64,000 nt of DNA from Cyclobacteriaceae bacterium (GTDB taxonomy: Bacteria > Bacteroidota > Bacteroidia > Cytophagales > Cyclobacteriaceae). The position numbers and the translations under genes were made by a program. Below the pieces are notes generated by a model. That model saw nothing but the letters and a program-made list of their open reading frames with translations, searched no databases and was not told where the DNA came from. Location: positions 1,921 to 65,920 of the forward strand of contig JBDHXU010000004.1 of the NCBI GenBank assembly GCA_039810905.1, read 5' to 3'. Positions 49,104 to 58,509 of this stretch are shown in pieces; the stretch's first letter is position 1; each line of letters begins with the position of its first letter.

Positions 49104-49916
49104 ATGGCTTACAATCTTCTGAAAGGGAAGCGTGGAATCATCTTTGGAGCACTGGATGAAAATTCGATTGCATGGAAAACCGCTTTGAAAGTAAAGGAAG
49201 AAGGAGGCCTGTTCACACTGACGAACGCACCCATCGCCATGCGGATGGGAAAGATCAAGGAGCTGGCAGCTGCATGTCAGGCTGAAATCATTCCGGCCGA
49301 TGCAACTTCAGAAGAAGATCTGCAGGCTCTGTTCACACGCTCCATGGAAATTCTGGGGGGCAAACTGGATTTTGTTCTCCACTCTATAGGAATGAGTCCG
49401 AATGTGAGAAAAGATAAACCGTATGGAGATCTCAACTACGAATGGTTCCTTAAAACGCTCGATATATCAGGCCTTTCTTTTCACAAAGTGATGCAGACTG
49501 CTGAAAAAACGGATGCCATGAATGAGTGGGGTTCCGTGGTTGCCCTTACCTATATCGCGGCGCAGCGTACTTTCCCTGACTATTCGGATATGGCACAGGC
49601 CAAGGCTGTGCTGGAATCCATTGCACGTAGCTACGGCTACCGTTTCGCAAAACTGAAGAAGGTACGGGTCAACACAATTTCGCAATCACCGACAATGACC
49701 ACAGCAGGAAGTGGTATTTCGGGTTTTGATGTCTTCTTCGATTACGCCAGGATGATGTCGCCGTTGGGCAATGCATCTGCCGAAGATTGTGCGAATTATA
49801 TTGTATTGATGTTTTCTGATTACAGCCGGATGGTGACCATGCAAAACCTTATGCATGATGGTGGATTCTCTTCCACTGGCATTACAGAAGACCTCATTCA
49901 GCGGCTGATCAAATAA
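49104..49916 (+). CDS. fabI: Enoyl-ACP reductase (Bacteroidota type)
   Basis: GALDENSIAW, LHSIGMS, YSDMAQAK, RVNTISQ and HDGG motifs. Confidence 0.9.
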   Translation: MAYNLLKGKRGIIFGALDENSIAWKTALKVKEEGGLFTLTNAPIAMRMGKIKELAAACQAEIIPADATSEEDLQALFTRSMEILGGKLDFVLHSIGMSPNVRKDKPYGDLNYEWFLKTLDISGLSFHKVMQTAEKTDAMNEWGSVVALTYIAAQRTFPDYSDMAQAKAVLESIARSYGYRFAKLKKVRVNTISQSPTMTTAGSGISGFDVFFDYARMMSPLGNASAEDCANYIVLMFSDYSRMVTMQNLMHDGGFSSTGITEDLIQRLIK

Positions 49917-49931
49917 CTGCATGGTTGAACC

Positions 49932-50738
49932 ATGATCAGCTTCCCGACCTGCAAGATTAACATCGGTCTCCAGGTATTGAACAGGCGGGCCGATGGCTAT
50001 CATGATATCAGCACCATTTTCTATCCGGTGCCATGGAATGATATTCTGGAAATCGTTCCGTCTGGAGATTTCAAATTCACCGCCACAGGCCTGGAAATAC
50101 CGGGCAACCATAACTCGAACCTTTGTATTAAGGCATATGAATTATTGCGCCGTGACTACCCCGTTGGACCTGTGCATATTCACCTGCATAAGATCATACC
50201 AATGGGAGCTGGCCTGGGGGGAGGATCTTCCGACGGGGCTTTCACATTGCGAATGCTCAATCAGATATTTCAACTAAAGCTCACGCCGGGACAACTTGGT
50301 CACTATGCCGCACAACTGGGAAGCGACTGTGCCTTCTTTCTTCATGATGGACCCATGTTGGGACAAGGGAGGGGTGAGGTGCTTTCTCCACTCGATTTTT
50401 TCCTCAAAGGCCGCTATCTCATACTCGTAATCCCAGAGATACACGTTCCAACAGCAGAAGCGTACAGGGGCGTCCATCCTGTTTCAAACCGCAAACAGTT
50501 GACCAGCCTGATCGCTGAGCCGATGAAGCACTGGAAGACTGAGGTGGAAAATGATTTTGAGATAACAGTCTTCGACAAGCATCCAGTCATACGGGAGTTG
50601 AAGGAAACCATGTATGGAATGGGTGCCAACTTTGCAAGCATGAGTGGATCAGGTTCATCTGTTTTCGGAATCTTTGACGAAGAGACAGACCGTGAGCAGG
50701 TCTTTAATGGCCTTCCCGGGTGGGCTGGGTGGTTGTGA
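49932..50738 (+). CDS. ispE: 4-diphosphocytidyl-2-C-methyl-D-erythritol kinase
   Basis: KINIGL, IPMGAGLGGGSSD, LGSDC and MSGSGSS motifs. Confidence 0.95.
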   Translation: MISFPTCKINIGLQVLNRRADGYHDISTIFYPVPWNDILEIVPSGDFKFTATGLEIPGNHNSNLCIKAYELLRRDYPVGPVHIHLHKIIPMGAGLGGGSSDGAFTLRMLNQIFQLKLTPGQLGHYAAQLGSDCAFFLHDGPMLGQGRGEVLSPLDFFLKGRYLILVIPEIHVPTAEAYRGVHPVSNRKQLTSLIAEPMKHWKTEVENDFEITVFDKHPVIRELKETMYGMGANFASMSGSGSSVFGIFDEETDREQVFNGLPGWAGWL

Positions 50739-51603
50739 AGCGCCGCTTAAAAGCCGGATAAAGCAGTACTGACATCAGAACAATGGCCGTGCCTGTATAA
50801 AATGAGAAATCCATCTTCTCCGTCGAACCGAAAATGAGCACGGCCAGAAGAATTCCATAAATAGGTTCCATATTCATGGTTAGCTGGACAAAAAAGACTG
50901 GCATCCGCTTCATGATTTCAACCGCCACTGAATACGCATACACGGAGCATACCCACGCCAGTGTCAACAAGCCTATCCAATCCGATCCTGAAGGCATAAG
51001 CTGAAGCTCATTACCTTCTGAAACATACAGCGGAAAGTATAGTGCGATGGCTATGCAGGCACCTGCCATTTCATATAAGGTGATCTGCGAGGCCCCGACT
51101 CTCCTGACCATCTTGGAGTTGATGATTGAGAATATAGCACAGGTTAATCCTGACACAATAGCCATAATCAATCCCTCAACGTAGCTAAAGTCAGCAGCGA
51201 AAATCACATACAGGCCTATTATGACCGCAATGCCAAACGTCAGCTCAAGCGCACGAATCCTTTGCCTGCTGACGATGGGATCCAGCAGTGCAGTCCACAA
51301 ACTGGCGGTTGCGAATCCCACAAGGCTTACAGAGACATTGGAGATACGTGCCGATAAAAAGAAGGTAATCCAATGGGCAGCAACAATGAATCCTGTGAGA
51401 AATATGATGAGCCCTTCTTTTGTGCCCACACGTAATGGCTGTCGTCGGAGCGTAAGCAGTGTTGCCATTCCAATGGCTGCCAGAAGTGTCCTGTAAAATA
51501 CCATCTCAACCGGGGGGAGAGTAATCAGCTTACCCAAAATGGCAGTAAAGCCAAAGAGAAGCACTACAATATGAAGTTTGAGATAGTCTGCGGTAGCGTA
51601 CAT
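50704..51603 (-). CDS. DMT/EamA family transporter
   Basis: About 10 TM segments; GFTAILGKLI and NMEPIYG motifs. Confidence 0.88.
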   Translation of the reverse strand: MYATADYLKLHIVVLLFGFTAILGKLITLPPVEMVFYRTLLAAIGMATLLTLRRQPLRVGTKEGLIIFLTGFIVAAHWITFFLSARISNVSVSLVGFATASLWTALLDPIVSRQRIRALELTFGIAVIIGLYVIFAADFSYVEGLIMAIVSGLTCAIFSIINSKMVRRVGASQITLYEMAGACIAIALYFPLYVSEGNELQLMPSGSDWIGLLTLAWVCSVYAYSVAVEIMKRMPVFFVQLTMNMEPIYGILLAVLIFGSTEKMDFSFYTGTAIVLMSVLLYPAFKRRFTTTQPTREGH

Positions 51604-52715
51604 CAGCGAGGCGTGACATAATAAAGTACGCCCGAGATAACCGTGAATATTACATTGGGTATCCAGGCAGCCACCACAGGAGCAATTTCACCGGCCTCTG
51701 CAAACGTGCGTGAGAGCATAAAGAACAGAATAAAAATAAAGGCCAGCACAAACCCAAGGGCGATCTGCAGCCCCGTGCCTCCGCGGCTTTTTCTTGAAGA
51801 GACCGTGACGCCCATGAAAACCAAAACAAAGGTGGTGAATGGCGATGCATAGCGTATTCTCTTCTCCACCTCAAACATTCTCACTCCGGAGGCGCCCCGG
51901 AATTTCAGTTTGGCGATATGGTCGTCCAGTTCTCCCATGGTCATGCCATCATAACTGCGTTCCTGTGCTTCAAAGTCTTTCGGTGTGATGGCCAGTGCCG
52001 TATCCAATGCGTCACCTTGTGACTGAAGTTGTTTCAGATCCTGCTGACCTTCGGCGGTAAAAAGCGCAGCCACTTTTTTGACTTTCCAATAGGTGAGCCT
52101 CCACTTGCCTTTTGTTGAATCCCATTGAATATTATCTGCTGAAAGTTTTTCGATGAGCTCGTTGTCCTTGAATTTTTCCAGTGTGAACTGATAGCCTATG
52201 TTGGAAATATTATTGTAGTTCTGAATGAAAAGGAAAACGTTAGGTGCGATCTGCAGGTGTATGTTCCGGGCGTCGAAATAATATCGGTTATTGAAATACT
52301 GTAATTCAAAGGCCAGCCGCGAACGCGTAGCCTTTGGGATAACCCATCCGTTCAGTCCAAAACTGATTGATCCGATCACGACCGAGGCGAGAAAGTAGGG
52401 GACCATCATTCGCCTGAAACTGACTCCACTGCTGAGGATGGCGATGATCTCAGAGTGGCTGGCCATCCGGGAAGTCACATAAATGATGGCAATGAAGACG
52501 GTGATGGGAGTAATAAGACCCATTACCCAGGGGATGAAGTCCTGATAATAACCCCAGATTTGCTGTGTGGTCAGGTGATGGCGGGCGAATTTGTCCATTT
52601 TCTCCGTGAAATCAATCACGGTGATGATGGCCATGAGAATGAGCACGACGAAGAAGAAGGTGGTTAGAATCTTCTTCAGGATGTAGCGATCGAGTATTTT
52701 AAGTTGTGTTCTCAT
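51603..52715 (-). CDS. LptF/LptG family LPS export permease
   Basis: ILDRYI, SEIIAILSSGVSF and AAWIPN motifs. Confidence 0.9.
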   Translation of the reverse strand: MRTQLKILDRYILKKILTTFFFVVLILMAIITVIDFTEKMDKFARHHLTTQQIWGYYQDFIPWVMGLITPITVFIAIIYVTSRMASHSEIIAILSSGVSFRRMMVPYFLASVVIGSISFGLNGWVIPKATRSRLAFELQYFNNRYYFDARNIHLQIAPNVFLFIQNYNNISNIGYQFTLEKFKDNELIEKLSADNIQWDSTKGKWRLTYWKVKKVAALFTAEGQQDLKQLQSQGDALDTALAITPKDFEAQERSYDGMTMGELDDHIAKLKFRGASGVRMFEVEKRIRYASPFTTFVLVFMGVTVSSRKSRGGTGLQIALGFVLAFIFILFFMLSRTFAEAGEIAPVVAAWIPNVIFTVISGVLYYVTPR

Positions 52716-52727
52716 CGTTCGTACTCC

Positions 52728-53858
52728 CTATAGCCGCCTGGATACAATTTCCGTCATCCGGTTCTTCCATTCAGTAAAAGTACCCTCTTCAATTTTTTGC
52801 CGGGCCATTCGAACCAGCCAAAGGTAGAAGGTCAGGTTATGGATAGAAGCAATTTGCGCGCCTAAAATTTCTTTGCTGATGATCAGATGCCTCAGGTATG
52901 CTTTGGAATAAAATGTGCTCGCATAGCCACCCAGTGTCTCGTCGATCGGTGAAAGGTCGTCCTTCCACTTTTCATTGCGGATATTGATGATGCCCTGGGT
53001 GGTGAAAAGCATGCCATTCCGGGCATTGCGCGTAGGCATCACGCAGTCGAACATGTCTACCCCCAACGCAATACATTCCAGGATATTTTCGGGTGTCCCA
53101 ACTCCCATCAGATAGCGGGGTTTGTCTGCAGGTAATATCCCGCAAACCAATTGCGTCATTTTGTACATCTCCTCGGCTGGTTCCCCTACCGACAAACCGC
53201 CAATGGCGTAGCCCGGCATGTCCTGCCGACTAATGAATTCTGCAGAGGCTTGCCTCAAATCGCCATATACGCTTCCCTGTACAATGGGAAACAAGGCCTG
53301 GCTGTATCCATAGAGTGGTTCGTTCTGCCTGAAATTGTCAATGCATCTGCGCAGCCATGCGTGTGTGATATCAAGCGATTTTCGCGCATATGAATATTCA
53401 CATGGGTAAGGGGTGCATTCGTCGAAAGCCATCATGATGTCTGCACCTATAACACGTTGTATATCCATCACACGCTCGGGAGTGAACTCATGCCTGGAAC
53501 CGTCGATATGGGATTTGAAAGTCACGCCGCTCTCCTTGATCTTTCGGTTATCCGAAAGGGAGTATACCTGATACCCTCCGCTATCGGTGAGGATGGGCCG
53601 GCTCCATCCGTTAAACTTATGAAGTCCTCCGGCTCTCTTCAGCAAATCCAGACCAGGACGCAGATACAGATGATAGGTATTACCGAGAATGATTTTGGCA
53701 TCAATATCGGCTTCCAACTCGCGGGTGTGTACGGCTTTGACTGAACCGGCCGTCCCTACAGGCATGAAAATAGGAGTAGGGATGCATCCATGATCGGTGG
53801 AGATGACACCGCAGCGTGCTCCGGAGAGCGGATCTTTGGCCAATAATTCAAAATTCAC
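52728..53858 (-). CDS. tgt: tRNA-guanine transglycosylase
   Basis: TPIFMPVGT, TDSGGYQ, GGLSVGE and DMFDCVMPTR motifs; start placed at GTG 53858. Confidence 0.96.
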   Translation of the reverse strand: MNFELLAKDPLSGARCGVISTDHGCIPTPIFMPVGTAGSVKAVHTRELEADIDAKIILGNTYHLYLRPGLDLLKRAGGLHKFNGWSRPILTDSGGYQVYSLSDNRKIKESGVTFKSHIDGSRHEFTPERVMDIQRVIGADIMMAFDECTPYPCEYSYARKSLDITHAWLRRCIDNFRQNEPLYGYSQALFPIVQGSVYGDLRQASAEFISRQDMPGYAIGGLSVGEPAEEMYKMTQLVCGILPADKPRYLMGVGTPENILECIALGVDMFDCVMPTRNARNGMLFTTQGIINIRNEKWKDDLSPIDETLGGYASTFYSKAYLRHLIISKEILGAQIASIHNLTFYLWLVRMARQKIEEGTFTEWKNRMTEIVSRRL

Positions 53859-53968
53859 GCCGTAAAGATAAGCCTTGCGGTCAAGTGGCCGGTCCTGAGT
53901 GTAAGTTGCAGACAAAGTATTTCTGATATGGAAGGAAACGCACATCTTTACCCTTCAATCTTTTCTCA

Positions 53969-55075
53969 TTGAATCTTTACCTGATCGTACTTGCATCCCT
54001 GGTTGTCGGCATTCAATTGGGATTCCTTATTTTTTTCCTGGTGGTATTCTCTCGACGGTACCCCGCCGCTCCCTCTTCTGTTAATCCGCCTGTTTCGGTC
54101 ATAGTGTGTGCCCATGATGAGGAAAAGAATCTCCGGGAGCTTGTGCCCTTGCTTCTCAGGCAGGACTATCCAACATTCGAAATTATCGTAGTGGAGGACC
54201 GTTGTAATGACGCAACCTATGATTACCTGCTCGAAGTCACCAGAAACCATCAAAAGGTCAGGATGGTGAGAGTCCTGCACCTGCCTGAACACGTCAATGG
54301 CAAAAAGTACGCACTGACGCTGGGTATCAAGGCGGCAGCATACGAATGGGTTTTGCTTACAGATGCTGATTGCAGGCCGGCCAATGAAGGCTGGATCAAA
54401 TCGATGGCGGCCTATGCCTCGCCGCCCCATGAACTGGTCATTGGTTACTCACCTTACGAACGGAGACCAGGTTTCCTCAATGTTTTCATTCGCTTTGAGG
54501 CGCTCATAACCGCCGTCCAGTGCATGGGTCTGGCATTGGCAGGGAGACCCTACATGGGTACGGGTCGAAACCTGGCGTATACAAGATCACTGTTTCTTGA
54601 CAACAAGGGTTTCCACAAATATCTGCAGGTTACCGGCGGCGACGATGATCTTTTTGTGAACCAACATGCACGAAAGGAAAATACCGCCGTTGCACTCGGA
54701 CCGGATACCCTCACACGATCAGCGCCGAAAGGAAATTGGAAGGAATTTTTCTATCAGAAACTACGGCACCTTGCAGCCGGAAAGCATTACAAGTGGTCGG
54801 ACCGTTTCCTCCTGGGAATGTTTTCAGCAACCTGGATTCTGACATGGATTTTTGTGTTGCCATTCACCTTCTTTTCACCTTTTGCCATCTATGGTTGGTC
54901 GGCACTGGTCTTCAGGATTTTGTTGCTGGTAGTAGTGGCGCACCGCGCTTCACGAATGCTGGGGGAACCCTTTGAGAGCTGGAAATGCCCCCTTTTAGAT
55001 TTTATTTATGCCATTTACTATCTTGGAACGGGCCTTGTTGCTTTGATATCCAAAAGAATTAGATGGAAGATTTAG
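53969..55075 (+). CDS. Glycosyltransferase family 2, membrane-anchored
   Basis: VSVIVCAHDE, GKKYAL, TDADC, GDDDL and QKLRH motifs. Confidence 0.9.
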   Translation: MNLYLIVLASLVVGIQLGFLIFFLVVFSRRYPAAPSSVNPPVSVIVCAHDEEKNLRELVPLLLRQDYPTFEIIVVEDRCNDATYDYLLEVTRNHQKVRMVRVLHLPEHVNGKKYALTLGIKAAAYEWVLLTDADCRPANEGWIKSMAAYASPPHELVIGYSPYERRPGFLNVFIRFEALITAVQCMGLALAGRPYMGTGRNLAYTRSLFLDNKGFHKYLQVTGGDDDLFVNQHARKENTAVALGPDTLTRSAPKGNWKEFFYQKLRHLAAGKHYKWSDRFLLGMFSATWILTWIFVLPFTFFSPFAIYGWSALVFRILLLVVVAHRASRMLGEPFESWKCPLLDFIYAIYYLGTGLVALISKRIRWKI

Positions 55076-55671
55076 AGGGCAGATTTTCATCCAAAGCGCT
55101 GGAGGACTTTCAGTTAATCGACCGTGCCGTGGCAGGAGATGATAAGGCGTTTGCCAAGCTTTTGCAGCGGTACAAGCGACCGGTTTACCATATGATCCTC
55201 AAAATGGTTCGCAATGTGGATGATGCGGAGGACTTGATGATTGAATCATTTGCAAAGGCTTTCCGAAGTCTGCACCGCTTTAAGAAGGATTTCACTTTTT
55301 CGACCTGGCTCTTCAGGATCGCCACCAATAACACTATTGATTACATCCGGAAGAAGAAAATCAATACCCTCAGCATTGAGAACACCTATACGGATGACGA
55401 TGGGCAATCCGTATCACTGGATGTCGCCGATTTCAATCCTGACCCGCAGGAGGAAACGATCAAGGCTCAGAAAGAAGAACTGATCCAGGTCTTTGTAGGC
55501 ATGCTGCCGGCAAAATATCAAAAGCTGGTGCGCCTTCGCTATTTCCACGAACTATCTTATGAAGAAATTGCCAAGGAACTCGATGCTCCGCTTGGGACCG
55601 TCAAAGCTCAACTTCATAGGGCAAGGGAATTGATGTATGACCTGGTAAAGAACAAGAAGGAACACATATAG
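55063..55671 (+). CDS. ECF sigma-70 factor
   Basis: DAEDL, FSTWLFRIATN, LSYEEIA and GTVKAQLHRAR motifs. Confidence 0.93.
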   Translation: MEDLEGRFSSKALEDFQLIDRAVAGDDKAFAKLLQRYKRPVYHMILKMVRNVDDAEDLMIESFAKAFRSLHRFKKDFTFSTWLFRIATNNTIDYIRKKKINTLSIENTYTDDDGQSVSLDVADFNPDPQEETIKAQKEELIQVFVGMLPAKYQKLVRLRYFHELSYEEIAKELDAPLGTVKAQLHRARELMYDLVKNKKEHI

Positions 55672-55705
55672 GCCTCTTGCCCAAATCCTGAAATATGTCG
55701 TTCGG

Positions 55706-56425
55706 TCAATTAATGCCATCGATCCCCGTTTGACGAAACAGGGGTATGAGTTCCTCGAGAGACTCCAGCCTTTGAAAGTTCTGATGCTCTACTTCCCCCT
55801 CGATTCTTTCATGTATCCATGTAGTATGATAGGGTACATGAATTCCATAGCCACCGACCGCAAGTACAGGAAGGATATCTGATTTGAGTGAGTTACCAAT
55901 CATGACGAATTCGTCAGGTTGGATATCCAGTCGCCCAATAAGCCTCGCATAATCATTTTCTTTCTTGTCGGTCATGATTTCAATGTGATGAAAATGTCGA
56001 CCCAGTCCTGACTTATGCAACTTGCGGTGTTGATCTACAAGGTCGCCTTTTGTCGCCATTACCAGACGGTAGTTCTTCCTGAGTTCCGACAGAACTTCTT
56101 CCGCTCCATTCATCAACTGAACAGGCTTCTGCATCATTTCTTTTCCTAATGCGATGATCTTGTCGAGTGCGGAGGAGGGGATGGTGTGATCGGAGACGCG
56201 AAGGGCAGTTTCAATCATGGAAAGGATAAATCCTTTTATCCCATAACCATAAAGCTCTATGTTGGTGATTTCTGTCTGAAGCAGCTCCCTTTCAAGGGTA
56301 TGTGCAGGCAGGTAATCCGACATGAGTTCACAGAACCTGTCTTCGGTCTCCCGGAAAAAGGGCTCGTTGTCCCATAAAGTATCATCGGCATCAAATGCAA
56401 TTACCTTGATTTGATCCTTATCCAT
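55706..56425 (-). CDS. HAD-superfamily hydrolase
   Basis: FDADDTLW, TKGD and IGNSLKSDI motifs. Confidence 0.9.
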   Translation of the reverse strand: MDKDQIKVIAFDADDTLWDNEPFFRETEDRFCELMSDYLPAHTLERELLQTEITNIELYGYGIKGFILSMIETALRVSDHTIPSSALDKIIALGKEMMQKPVQLMNGAEEVLSELRKNYRLVMATKGDLVDQHRKLHKSGLGRHFHHIEIMTDKKENDYARLIGRLDIQPDEFVMIGNSLKSDILPVLAVGGYGIHVPYHTTWIHERIEGEVEHQNFQRLESLEELIPLFRQTGIDGIN

Positions 56426-56916
56426 CAGCCCTTGTTATGCGATAGGCGTAGAAGATTAAGATCGGGTTGAGAATACTTGTAGACCTTGAAATAGATCATC
56501 GTTTTGGTCTGGTATACTCCCTCCAGTTCGGATATTTGACTCACGAACTGTTGCAAGTGATCGTTATTCCTGCACATGGCGTCCACTTCCAAATCATAGT
56601 CTCCGGAAGTCGCGGCAAGGAAGCTGACCTCGGGCCATGAGGATATAGCCTGAGCAACCTTCTCTTTCATTGAAACGGGCCGGATGGTGACTGCAATCTG
56701 CGCGTAGGATTGGAAACCTACCTTTTCCGGGTTAACCCGCGCAATGATATTGATGGTGCCGTCTTCAATTAGTCTGTTAAACCTGGATCGGATGGTTCCT
56801 ATTGAGACGTGGAGCTTTTCAGCAATTACTGTAAATGACATCCTGCCGTCCTGTTGAAGGCATGACACGATCTCAAAATCGAGGGTGTCCATTTCTGTAT
56901 GGGCTACTTTGGTCAT
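56425..56916 (-). CDS. Lrp/AsnC family transcriptional regulator
   Basis: LDFEIVSCLQQDGRMSFTVIAEKL HTH; SGDYDL. Confidence 0.92.
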   Translation of the reverse strand: MTKVAHTEMDTLDFEIVSCLQQDGRMSFTVIAEKLHVSIGTIRSRFNRLIEDGTINIIARVNPEKVGFQSYAQIAVTIRPVSMKEKVAQAISSWPEVSFLAATSGDYDLEVDAMCRNNDHLQQFVSQISELEGVYQTKTMIYFKVYKYSQPDLNLLRLSHNKG

Positions 56917-57041
56917 GGGGTGCAGTTTTAGTTACCGCTCGAATAAAGAAATGAAAAATTTGCATTTATTCCGGTATTTTTGTGCAGAAAATGCAGCAGG
57001 TAACTTCAAGACTGCCATTTTGCACCCCTAACCGACTACTT

Positions 57042-58499
57042 ATGAAATATCAGCCTGTCCGGAATTTTGTCAATGGGGCATTTGTGGACGTAAAGTCAAC
57101 CCGTAGCCTGCAGGTCGTATCTCCTGTCGATGGCCAACCCTTGTCAATGGTTCCCATGTCGACAGCCGCCGACCTTGATCAGGCGGTGATTTCGGCCAAA
57201 GCTGCTTTCGCGTCATGGAGCAAAACACCCATTAAGGAAAGAGTTCAGGTCTTCTTTCGTTATAAGAGATTGCTGGAACAGCGTCAGGATGAACTGGCCG
57301 CGGTTATCCAGGAAGAAAACGGCAAGACGTATCCGGAGGCGGTTGCTGAGATTGAGAAAAGCATAGAGTTGACCGAGTTTGCCACTTCTTTGCCTCAGCT
57401 CGTCACTGGGGAAGTATTGGAGGTAAGCAAAGGGGTCGAATGCCGCACTGAACATATACCCTTGGGTGTTGTAGCCTCGATCGTTCCGTTCAATTTTCCT
57501 GCCATGGTTCCCAACTGGACCATTCCTAATGCCATTGCACTTGGCAATTGCATGATTATAAAGCCCTCGGAAAAAGTACCTCTTACCCTGGGATACCTCG
57601 CCAGCATGTTAAAGGAAGCCGGCTTGCCGGATGGAGTATTCAATATCGTTAATGGAGATCGCGAAATAGTAGAAGCCATTTGCGATCATCCTGGGATTGA
57701 TGCGGTTTCTTTTGTTGGCTCAACCAGGACTGCAAAACTGGTTTATCAGAGGGCAACATCAAATTACAAGAGATGCCTGGCATTGGGAGGTGCAAAGAAC
57801 CACCTGTTTGTCCTGCCTGACGCGATCCCTGGAATGACGGCTCAAAATGTGGCGGCCAGCATGAGTGGATGCGCGGGACAGCGTTGCATGGCTGCCTCCG
57901 CCATGATAGCCGTGGGCCACGTGGACCATATTGTTGAGAAGATCTGTGAGGAGGCCAGAAAAATCATTCCTGGAAAGAACCTGGGTGCAGTCATTAGTCC
58001 TGAGGCCAAGGAGAGAATTGAATCCTACATATCAGAAGCTGAAAAACTGGGTGCCAGGATACTGGTAGATGGAAGACATGCAGTGGTTCAGGGAAAGGAG
58101 AAAGGCACTTACGTTGGACCGACGGTTATTGATTATGTAAAGCCGGAAATGGCAATTGCACGAGAAGAAGTTTTTGGCCCTGTCATCAGCATCATGCGAA
58201 CCAATACTGTTGATGAAGCCCTTGAGATTCAGAATGGCAGCCCCTACGGTAATGCTGCATCAGTTTTTACACAAAGCGGTGGTATCGCCCGTTATGTGAT
58301 GGAACGTGCTTCAGCGGGCATGGTGGGTGTCAACGTAGGTGTGCCGGTTCCACGCGAACCTTTTTCTTTTGGGGGTTGGAATGAAAGCAGGTTTGGCGTG
58401 GGGGACATAACGGGTAAAAGCTCAATCGGATTTTGGACCAAATTGAAAAAGAGCACTGTAAAGTGGAATCCGGAGGCAGGTATCAACTGGATGAGCTAG
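57042..58499 (+). CDS. mmsA: CoA-acylating (methyl)malonate-semialdehyde dehydrogenase
   Basis: PFNFPAM, KPSE, FVGST, GGAKNH, AGQRCMA and EEVFGPV motifs; start placed at ATG 57042. Confidence 0.92.
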   Translation: MKYQPVRNFVNGAFVDVKSTRSLQVVSPVDGQPLSMVPMSTAADLDQAVISAKAAFASWSKTPIKERVQVFFRYKRLLEQRQDELAAVIQEENGKTYPEAVAEIEKSIELTEFATSLPQLVTGEVLEVSKGVECRTEHIPLGVVASIVPFNFPAMVPNWTIPNAIALGNCMIIKPSEKVPLTLGYLASMLKEAGLPDGVFNIVNGDREIVEAICDHPGIDAVSFVGSTRTAKLVYQRATSNYKRCLALGGAKNHLFVLPDAIPGMTAQNVAASMSGCAGQRCMAASAMIAVGHVDHIVEKICEEARKIIPGKNLGAVISPEAKERIESYISEAEKLGARILVDGRHAVVQGKEKGTYVGPTVIDYVKPEMAIAREEVFGPVISIMRTNTVDEALEIQNGSPYGNAASVFTQSGGIARYVMERASAGMVGVNVGVPVPREPFSFGGWNESRFGVGDITGKSSIGFWTKLKKSTVKWNPEAGINWMS

Positions 58500-58509
58500 A
58501 AAGCAACAT

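Noticed and set aside
50704-50738. 35-nt convergent overlap of ispE and the DMT gene as antisense regulation
   Set aside because: Short 3' overlaps are common in compact genomes; no other support
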